From: Octopus sinensis
Taxonomy: Eukaryota
DNA: 64,000 nucleotides
Direction of reading: 5' to 3'
NCBI RefSeq assembly: GCF_006345805.1
Contig: NC_043009.1
Coordinates: forward strand, 21,700,001-21,764,000
The position numbers were made by a program, and so were the translations under genes. Shown piece after piece: positions 51,524-64,000 of the stretch. The notes beneath the pieces are model-generated. The model was not told the DNA's origin. It ran no database searches and worked only from the letters and a program-made list of their open reading frames with translations. Numbering within the stretch: position 1 is the stretch's first letter; each line of letters starts with the position of its first letter.

Positions 51524-54500
51524 TTATAGAGGTTTTCCATTAAATTCAAAAATGTTCATATCAAGTGGCAACATTATAGAGAAGGTAGATATATAGACAA
51601 AGATGTGGATTTAAATTTTAAGAACATTTGAGGTAGTGGAGCCCATCACCTGACTCAGTATATATATATATATATCGTTGCTACAATTACTGGCCCCGAC
51701 GTGATCAAGAATTACAGCTTTCACATCATTGTAGGGAGTGGGACTCCCTACTATCTTTCGTTCTTTTTCCCTTCTCCTCACTCCCTTTGTTTCTTTCCCT
51801 CATCCTCTCTCACCCCTTCCCCTCTACCTGTTGCTCACACGTGACTACAGGCCATTTCTCTCGCCCCTGTCTTTTTTGGACAAGACGTTTATCGGGTTGG
51901 ACGTCATTTTTCTCGCCTCTCAACATTTTTTTTCTTATACTATTTTCTTCTCTTCTATTTATTCTATTTTCTTTAAAAACTTTTCCCATGCGTTACCCAT
52001 TACAATTCATCTTGGCCTAACGAACAGTCCTTAATGTTTGTCTTTGTTGTTATTTGTTCGTTCGAAGCCCTGACTCTCCACAAATTTTATATTTTTAAAA
52101 TTTCTGGATGCTGCTGTCTTATAAAGTTTCCCTATCTTGTCGTTAAATGCACGAAATAGGGAGTAGTAAAACAGTCGAAAGCAAGCTTTTAGAATTTTCC
52201 CAGCAAATAGTTAGGCTGAAAGTTCTGGAAATTTAACAGGATGTTATAAAAAGCTGGGATTTTGAACTCCTAACCAGAACCTCAGGTGCTATATAGAACT
52301 CTGTTGGTCAGTTTTGTGATAAGGTGTTTTCACATTTTTTTTTACATAATAACTGTTTTAATAATCATGAACAACTTTCAGATAAATAACTAAAATCTTC
52401 TATGCAATAAAGACTTGAAACTATCAACTTCACTATGTCATGCATGATGTTGTATTCAACTAAATGTGTAAAATTTTTTTTTTTAACTTATTTATTTGTC
52501 TTTGATCAGTAAGTACTATTTCCTATCTGTTTCTGTCTAGAAATCAAAGGAAATGACTAATGTTATTTTCAAACTTTGCTTTTGTGACCTGAACATCATT
52601 GTTTTGAAGTTGATCTATTTTCTATTACATTTACATTTCAGACAGATTCAGCTGAGTTACTGAAGCAGAAATATCGTTATAGCGAATATTCCGCTCAATA
52701 CCACAGACTTGCTTGTCAGTTGTTTGACCTTAACCAGTTGAGCAAGCTTTTAGAATTTTCCCAGCAAATAGTTAGGCTGAAAGTTCTGGAAGTTTAACAG
52801 GATGTTATAAAAAGCTGGGTTGTATTATCAACACTTAATGGTTGATAATATGTGCATCTCTGATCATGAGCAGGGGTAGCGGGGGAGCATTATAGCCAAG
52901 ATTTGAGAGGGATTCTTTGAGGTTTGCATAAATGTAACAAAAACAAAGTTTAGCGGAAATATTAGCCATTTCCTACACTTTCTAGGGGCAAGCAAATAGG
53001 AAATAACAGTTGCTACCCATTGACAAAAAACGTGTTATGCAAATCGTGTGAATGCAGATGTTTTGGGTAAATAAGAATATGAAAACTTATGCAAATATTA
53101 ATGCGATCGTTCTCGCCTTCACACGCGCCCTACTTTGTGTAATACCAACTAGAATGATGATTATTCTTTTATTTGCATCAGTCATTTGACTGTGGCCAGG
53201 CTGGAGTACTGCCTTTAGTCGAACAAATCAACCCCAGGACTTATTCTTTGTAAGCATAGTACTTATTCTATCGGTTCCTTTTGCCGAACCGCTAAGTTAC
53301 AGGAACGTAAATACACCAGCATCGGTTGTCACGCGACGTTGGGGGGACAAATACAGACACACAAACATATACACACACACACATATATACGACGGGCTTT
53401 TTTTCAGTTTCCGTCCACCAAATCCACTCACAAGGCTTTGGTCGGCCCGAGGCTATAGTTGAAGGCACTTGCCCAAGGTGCCACGCAATGGAACTGAACC
53501 CGGAACCATGTGGTTGGTAAGCAAGCTACTTACCACAGAGCCACTCCTACGCCTATATTTAGATTAGACTCTCTTTATTTCTGGGTTCAAATTCCAGTAA
53601 AGATGCTGCTTTTTTTCCCTTTTACCTGGAGTTGGTAAAAAAAAAAAACATTGTAGACGACGTGTCGGTAGGGTTGTTAGAGGGTTGGAGAGAACGCTTT
53701 GTTATATACGTTCTGGCTCTCAACGTTCAGAGTTCAAACCTGCCATGGCCAACTTTGACTTTCATCCTTTCGATGTCGATAAATTGGGTACCAGTTCAGT
53801 ACTGAGACCCCTCTCCTTCCCCCTGGAAGAAATCAGCTGTTTTCAGACATGGAGAGGAGAGGGATGGGTTTCGCCATATTTAAAATGCCCATAACACCGC
53901 ATGTCATAACAGCACCTCTATGACCCCATCACGAGTTGAGTACTCAAGAAAAGATAAAAGATCAATATAATTCAGGTATTAGGCGCGGCAGAGGTGTGAT
54001 TGAAACTCACTGAACACTTCCAGTATGAACGCCTAGCCAAATGCCAACGTAAGAATTTAGCCCTGACATGGTTTCTTGGTCTACTAAAATGCTAGAAATA
54101 ACAACCAAAGAGCTACTAAAATGCTTGAAATAGCAACCAAATCACCTCGCTCTCATTTCTACCCGCCTTCCCTTTCTCATTCCTGTATCCTTTCTCTCAT
54201 GACACAACTTACTATCTTTAAAAAAAGAAGAAAAAAGAGATTCATTTGGAGTACACTCTTCCGTAAAAAGTGGTTGTGGGTCGCGACTAGTATGCCTTTG
54301 ATCACAGGTCGATTTGCTCAGAGCCGACTAAGGGTCAAAGAACAACAACAATGAACATCGGTATTTTTATTTCAAGAGAGATTACTCAAATTACTCAAAT
54401 AACATCAGAAAAATAACGAAAGAAAAAAAAGAAAAATTTTCAAGGGAGGAAACTTTTGCAGCAACTTACAATTTTTTTTTATTGATAGGAATTTAATTTC

Positions 54501-54599
54501 CAGTTACTAAATTATAATGAAATATTTATTCTCTGTAGCTTGTTAAATTTCTTCAACTAATTAATTCAGTGAAAAAGAATTGAAATAGGCATCCATCTG

Positions 54600-54930
54600 C
54601 GCTCAAAGAAATCGTCTCAGCGACTGCATTTGAAGGAGCTCTCTGCCGGCGCTACTGATTTTTCCTTTCGTCGAGTGCGCTTTTCTTTGGTGTTGAGTTC
54701 CTGTTTTTCTTCCGCTCGCTTCATCCCCTTTCACAGTATTTGTCTCCTCCCATCTCATGACGTCCAGATCAAGCGACTTCATATCTCTCTTGCAGATGTC
54801 CTTGAAACGAAGATGAGGTCGTCCTCGGGCTCTTGTGCCGGTGGCCAATTCCCCGTGCAGGAGGTCTTTTGGGATCCTCCCGCCCGATATACGATGTACG
54901 TGACCGAGCCAGCGCAGACTATGCTACTGG
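54600..54930 (-). mobile_element. RTE/BovB-like 3' relic
   Basis: LRWLGHVHRI...GELATGTRARGRPHLRFKDICKRDMK. Confidence 0.8.
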
Positions 54931-55989
54931 AGCAGGGTGAAATAGGTAAGTTACAAAAGAAAAAACAACAAAGAAAAAAAAACAAGAAAAAGGGGAGAAA
55001 GAAATTATTGCAATGAACATTAACATCATCGTTATGTATTTTTCAGGTGGATCTCATGGTCTTGCCATCACAAGTCGCAGTCTGTCGTCATCTGACCCGC
55101 ACAATTACTGAAGAAAACCGCCTATTGTATCTGTTGTGTTTTCGTACATGGTTTTTAGGGGTAGGATGCCTTTCATACAACCAACCCCTTCACAGCATGA
55201 ACTTTTATTTTAAAACTTACTTCTAACACTAGAAAGGATTTCTTGTTTTGTTTTGCTTTGTTTGGGAAATCGGTTGTGTAGGACACCGAAGATTGTCCTT
55301 CGTGTCAATGTTTTGCTCTGTTTTGTATTGTTTTTCTTTCACAATTACTATTCTCGTCAAAGAATTGAACTACATTTAGTAGCATACATGTCTTTTTCAT
55401 TCGCTCTTATCTTATTTTTTGTCATACGCTTTGTAACAAAATAACCCTTGTGTTACTAACCACTTCACAATGTAGACTAGTTTCGTTTTATCGCACTGAC
55501 GTTGCGTATAACACGACTAAAGATTTTGCTCGGTCCTGCATAGTTTTATTCGGAGTTTTGGCTCTCTCCTAGACAAGTCTTAAGAGGTTTAACTAACCCT
55601 TTTACAAGGGCAGCCTTAGGTTACTCGGTATAAGGTCAGCAATTTTGAGGAAGAGTTAAGTCGATTGATACTTATTTTTATCGACCCCGAAAGGATGAAA
55701 GGCAAAGTTGACCAAAGTGGAATTTGAACTCGGAATGTAAAGGCGGACAAATTGCCGCTAAGCATTTCTCCCGGCGTGCTACGATTCTGCCAGATTACCG
55801 CCTTATGTTATTCTGTGATATTGTTAACTTTTTTGCCCGTTGAAGAAAGTTTCGAGAGCCAATAAGATAAAGTAAAACATACTTTATTAGCTTATATCTG
55901 TTTTAATAAATACTATTTAATTTCAAGAAAACAAAGGGACAGAAAAAGAAGGATGGGGGCGATTAAATAATTGAAGATGGAGGAGGAAG

Positions 55990-56335
55990 GAGCAACGGAT
56001 CGTACACCCCAGAACAAATGGCGTGTTCAGACGTGCCCCACGGTAATGACCCGATGGCGTTGCTACAGAGAATGGTTAGCAACACTCACTGCAGCAGCCA
56101 CTCCACCTTACGGGTTTCCTTTCTCAGATAGGCTGCCGATATTCTCATTTTGTGGAGGAAATCGGTAGTTCGAGAACACCTGAAGTCTCAATGGCGACCG
56201 ACGCTAACCAATACTGGCCGGTCAGACCCCTGTATTTAATTATTTTTCTCTTCTCTGCGTTACGGACGGCGATACCCGGGTCTGCAGCCGAAACAGCAAG
56301 GCTGGATGACAAAAGTATGGCTTATGCTGACATTA
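55990..56335 (-). pseudogene. Second CRE-like REL relic
   Basis: AEKRKIIKYRGL...VAIETSGV, then after a frameshift WLLQ*VLLTILCSNA. Confidence 0.65.
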
Positions 56336-58164
56336 GAACAAAGATAGTACGACAGTCATTATAAAATAATAAAAATAATGGTGCTACTTTGGTGTGTGAT
56401 TGACAAGGGAGATTACTTTAGGTTACTTTCTAAATTATATTGTACATCCTTAGCATTGTAAATATATGTTTTCAAAATTCTTACTATTTTAATAAGAAGA
56501 AAACCATATAATAATTAAAATAAGCGCGTAGATCACCCACCAAAGTAAATTTACTCACGTAGATCACACGGAAAGTAGCACTAACACAAACTAAACTAAA
56601 AAGTAATCTAAAGTAATGAAAATGGTTTACAGCAATAAACCCCCGTTTACAGCAATAAACTAAACCATGTTGTGGGACAGCGTTACGACAAGATGTCCTG
56701 ATATTATTAAATTAAGAGACCTTGTCTGGAGACAGCGAAGCATTTACGATGACACCTTGCAGTTATAACATATACTGGTGGTTGTTTACCTTTTTCAGAG
56801 ACAAGCGTTGCCGTGCAGAGGAACTCGGTGAATTGACCTTGATGTTCTGCTTGAAAGCGGGAAGTTCTTGTGGTCGCTCGACAAGTTTGAAATAGCAGCC
56901 ACTCCTCGTTTTCTTTTTTTTCTTTTTTATAATTTTACTTCCATTTTTTATATAAACTTAACTGTTTATATATACATGAGTAACATTTGATGCAAATGTC
57001 ATAATAACTTTGTTTCATAACGTGTAAGGTGAGAAAACATAATGGGGCTCACGATCAGGTTTCCTCCGCGCCAGAGAAAATAGTGCTATTTCTTCCGACT
57101 TTACGTTCTGTGTTCAAATTCTGCCATAATTCTGTCATAAGTATCGGTTGAGCACTGGGTTCCATTTAATCAACTTCCCCCTCCCATCAAATTTTCAAGC
57201 CTTATGCCTATAATGGAAAAGATTTTTATTAGTCAATTCGTTAACATTTAACCAATAAAGTAATCGATGGTTTGATTGATAGTTCTGTTACTTATTCAAT
57301 CAATCATTTAAGGTTTGTTAAAATCATTTCGACGCCATTTGCAACCTCATCGATAACATGACTTCTCTACTTTATATCTTCTTCAGGTTTATGATCCTAA
57401 AGAACTTAATCTTTTTAGGTTAATCTTTGTTCGCAGACACGGTCCCAGGAAGTTTTCAAAAGGAGGGCACAAGGTCAGAAGAGAATACTATTCCAAGAGA
57501 AAAGTGCGTAATAACATTATTTAGAAGGGAGCACTTCTTTTCTTGAGTGGGGGACGTGTCCCTCAGCCCCCATCCTTGGATCCATCCCTAGTTCGGGAAG
57601 GATACTAAAACTATCAACAGTTTGTAGAGTCTGTAAGAAGTGGGTGCAGGAAGTATTACGTATTCGAGGCGGAAATTTTAATAAAATTTCAGGAAGTGTT
57701 TACATATAGGCGCTGGCGTGGCTGTGTGGTAAGAGGTTTGTTTCTCAACCACATGGTTCGGGGTTCAGTCCCTCTGTGTGGCACCTTGGACAAGTGTCTT
57801 CTACTATAGCTTCGGACCGACCAAAGCCTTATGAATGGATTTGTTAGACGGAAAGACAGAAACTGAAAGAAGCTTGTTGTGTGTGTATATCGTTTCGATT
57901 TTATTATTTTATTATTATCGATTTAAAGATATAGTCACGAAACGCGCGTAGTCAATTTAATGTTTTTTTAAAAATAATATTTATTATAGTATATTTAAAT
58001 TTTTTCTTTATGGTGTGGATAATGTCTTTCACTATTGAATTACCTAATAGAGGTTATTTCTCTTAATTATATACATATATTATTTATTGTGAAATTTGAT
58101 TTAGAATTGCTAAATTGAATTTTTCCCTGTAAGTTTGCAATTATATTCCCTACTATTATATATA

Positions 58165-58257
<93 letters not shown>

Positions 58258-58258
<1 letters not shown>

Positions 58259-61062
58259 TTTTATTCTTTTACTTGTTTCAGCCATCCGGCTGAGGCCATG
58301 CTGGGGCACCGCCCTTGTTGCTACCCTCTCCAAGTCCAGTTTGCCGTGGCTGGCCACTGATCTAAGAGAGAGTTTGTAGCTGCTGCCCTTAGGTTACCTT
58401 CGTACCTTGCAGTGGGTTCATCTGGGATCCCGGAAAGCAGCTTGTCTAGATGTTTTTTGAAAAAGTCCACATCCGCATCATGTAGATCTCTTAGTTTTCT
58501 TGGCAGTTTGTTGAAAAGCTGAGGGCCCCTGAACCCCAGGCTATTACAGTATCTGCTCCTTACTCTGGATGTGGAAGACGGGACCTTTGGCACCACACAG
58601 TGACGTCCTGTACGGGGATTGGAACAGCTCTCAATTCCAAAATTTGGTGCTAGTCCCTCCAGGATTTTCCATATGTATATCACTGCATATCTCTCTCGTC
58701 TTCGTTCCAAGGAGTACAAATTGAGTTCCCTAAGCCTCTCCCAATAGTTCTTTTCTTTCATGGTGGAAATCTTCTTGGTGAAATGTCTTTGGATTGTCTC
58801 AAGCTCTGTGGTTAGTTTGACACTATGCGGTGACCACAGTTGGGAGCAGTAGTCCAGGCGGCTTAGGACAAATGTCCTCCATAGTGTCAACATGGTCTCG
58901 CAGTCTCTTGTCCGGAATGTCCTCAGGATCCAGCCAGTGAGTCGTCTGCACATTGTCGCCACCTTCGCGATGTGTGAAGAAAAAGATGCATCGTCACTCA
59001 TGTCTATCCCCAGGTCCCGTATTGATTTCGATACTGGGATTTCGATCCCTCTTGGACCAGTATAGTTGTGTTGTAATGTATATGTGTTTACAGCTTGATA
59101 TTGTAAGGCTTGAAATTTACCAGCATTAAATTGCATGTTGTTGTCTTCAGCCCATTTGTATATGGCATCCAGATCTTGTTGTAAAAGGTCAGCATCAGCT
59201 GGATTTTTGATTGCCTGTGCTACCTTTGTGTCATCAGCATAGCTAGTGAGGGATGTTGTTTGTGCTACCAAGGGCATGTCAGAGAGCGCCACCAAAAACA
59301 GCAAGGGTCCCAAGACTGTGCCCTGTGGCACCCCGCTTGCTATTGGTGTCTTTCCCGAGAGGGCTCCATTGGCTGCAACCATCTGGCTTCTGTCCTTCAG
59401 GAAGTCATGTATCCACTCACCTACTTTTCCTGTTATGCCGAGTCTGAGTAATTTGTGACATATCACTCCGTGGTCGACTTTGTCAAAGGCCTTCGCAAAG
59501 TCGAGATATACCACATCCACCTGTGAGCGATCCAGTAGTTGTTTCAGTACCCAGTCGTAGTGTTGTAACAGCTGCGTAAGGCAGCTTCTTCCTGGGCGAA
59601 AGCCATGCTGTGTGTCAGTGAGACGGTTAGTTTCTTCGAGGAACGTGATCAGTTTTTTTCTGATGATTCGTTCCATGACCTTACTTATGTGTGACGTCAG
59701 GGAGACTGGCCTGTAGTTTTTGGCCTCTGCTCTACTCCCTCCTTTGTGGATAGGGCATATGGTGCCTTCTTTTAGCGCCCTGGGCAGTTTACCGTTAGCC
59801 AAGGAACCACTGAAGAGCATCTTCAGTGGTCCCGCTAGGGCATGCCTGCATGTTTTTAGGAGGACTGCTGGGAATCCATCTGGTCCAGCAGCTGAGTTTA
59901 TTCTCATTTCTTCTATGGCAGATATTACATCCCTCTCTGTTATGTCTATGTGGTCGATGGTTGTTGTTTGGTTTTGGAGTGTTGTGGCATCAAAGAAAAC
60001 TTCTGGGTTTGTGATTTGCATGTGCCCCAGAGGGGATGTGAACACACTTTTATACTGTTCCTTTAGTATTTCACTTATCCCTTGGGGGTCCTCAGTTAGA
60101 GAGCCCTTTTTATCAAAGAGTGGGCCAATCTTGCAGTGTACCGAGGTGGTTTCTTTCGCAAGTTTAAAGAAGGCTTTTGGGTTTGTTTTAATATTCTCTA
60201 TGGCCCTGGCTTCTCTCTCTGCCCTCTCCTTCTCATAGGAAAGTTTGAGTGCAGTTTCCGTTTCAAAAAGTTTCAGGTGGAGTCCCTCATTGTTTCTCTG
60301 CCGTGCATTCAGTTGCTTCGAGAGCTTAGCTCTTCGCCTCATAAGTATTTTCCTGTCTCTGGGAATAACGTTCCTATGCCCGCTGGCTTTTTTCTCCGGG
60401 ACAAACTTATGGCATATGTTCTGTATTGTTGTCATGAAATGTTGGAAATGTGTGTTGGTGTCTTGTGTGGTGATGAAGTCACTCCAGTCATGTTTTCGGA
60501 TCTCTTCGTTGATCTTCTTCCAGTTTGCCTTATGGAAGTTTAGACTGGATAGGCCTGTGGTATTTTCTAATGGCTGCGTCTCAACTAACTCTCTCATACC
60601 ATATATCATTACCTCTACTAAGTTGTGATCTGAGAGAATTGTTGGTGTTACCATTATGTTGTGGATGAGCATCGGGTTGCTTGTGAAACAGAGGTCCAAG
60701 ACATTCTCACCTCTTGTTGGCCAAAGCACTGCTTGCTCCATGAAAAACTTGCGTGTGAGAGCCAACAAGGACTCTGTCTGTCTCTGTTCAAGTGATGTCA
60801 TTCCAGGGAGGAGATGGCCATCTGGCCATTTGACTTTCGGAAGGTTAAAATCTCCCAGCAGTAGAATGGTGTTACCCTGGTCCAGTTTGTCCAGGACTTC
60901 TTCTATTCTTCTGAGGCTATCTTCAAACACTCCTTCATGACTAGGGGTGTCTGGTGGCCGATATGTGACACATATTACTATTTTCGGTTGTTTCATGTGT
61001 ACTATCAGTGTGTCACAGACTGAGTTTGAGTGTGTCAACAGTACTATGGGTACTGCCGATAT
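58258..61062 (-). mobile_element. 5'-truncated CR1/L2 (Jockey-group) LINE with uninterrupted partial APE + RT ORF (~910 aa)
   Basis: ORF 58321..61203 has YRPPD, LLGDFNLP, SDHNLV, QHGFRPGRSC, GVPQGTVLGP, YADDT and SLERRRER. It lacks the N-half of APE. A short 3' UTR ends in an (AAAGAAT)-like tail next to (TA)n. Confidence 0.93.
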
Positions 61063-61328
61063 TGAAAAGCTGTGGGCCTCGGAAGCCCAGGCTATCACAG
61101 TATCTTGTCCTACATCTTGATGCCAAATTTGGAGTCCTAGGCACCACGCAGTGGCGCCCAGTTCTGGCATTTGTGTAACTCTCGATGCCAAAGTTTGGGA
61201 CAAGTCCTTCCAGGATCTTCCAGATGTATATTATGGCATGTCTTTCTCGTCTACGCTCCAAGGAATATAGTTTTAATCTCTTGAGTCTTTCCCAGTAGCT
61301 TACATTCTGCATAGAGGCTATCTTCTTC
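61062..61328 (-). mobile_element. 3' fragment of a related CR1/L2-type LINE fused upstream of the previous element
   Basis: ORF 61013..61330 (SYWERLKRLKLYSLERRRER...SLGFRGPQLFN) is paralogous to the C-terminus of the 960-aa ORF. Confidence 0.88.
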
Positions 61329-61559
61329 AAAAGAAATCATCAGGAAGCTAGGTGACAAGAGTAGTTTTGGCATTTATACATTTAGGCAGGTTTAAAGGGG
61401 TGGTGGTGGGGGACTTTTTGGGGTAGGCATGGCGCAAACTATCATTCTTAGGGGAGTGGTCAAAGGAATCAGTGGTAAAGTAGATAAAAGAATAAATAAA
61501 AGAATAAAAGAATAAATAGAAAAATAGAGTTTTAGGTAAATAAGGAGACTCCCACTTAT

Positions 61560-61560
<1 letters not shown>
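61329..61560 (-). repeat. Second, truncated copy of the 62690..62985 HHR repeat
   Basis: Shares ttggcatttatacatttaggcaggtttaaaggggtgg...ctcccacttata. The HHR half agcttcCTGATGAtttcttttgaa is cut by the LINE fragment. Confidence 0.75.

Positions 61561-64000
<2,440 letters not shown>

Noticed and set aside
57387-57475. Open plus-strand exon-like stretch
   Set aside because: Runs into a MITE-like repeat, with no homology or partner exons.
61063-61203. N-terminal ~47 aa of the 960-aa ORF as genuine protein
   Set aside because: Off-frame reading of a separate LINE 3' fragment, starting at TTG.

Overview
AT-rich, microsatellite-dense animal genomic DNA. The repeat families look like those of a coleoid cephalopod, most likely Octopus (recognised from memory, not searched). 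One protein-coding gene spans most of the window on the minus strand: a coiled-coil protein I identify as SCLT1 (sodium channel and clathrin linker 1). It has 21 phase-compatible GT-AG exons from ATG 47796 down to 3011, about 635 codons. The last exon and probably one internal exon were not located. Introns and flanks hold two RTE LINEs, a 5'-truncated CR1/L2-type LINE with a long open ORF, CRE-like and RTE relics, many tRNA-derived SINEs and several MITEs. The most striking layer is invisible to the ORF track: at least five sequence-distinct hammerhead-ribozyme (HHR) repeat families plus two relics. Most sit in (TA)n tracts, and several form asymmetric head-to-head fold-backs. They include a ~4 kb Penelope-like GIY-YIG palindrome and a non-coding element with a tRNA-like head, an HHR and a 14-bp TSD. 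All coordinates were counted by hand. Repeat boundaries are approximate (about +/-10-20 nt).
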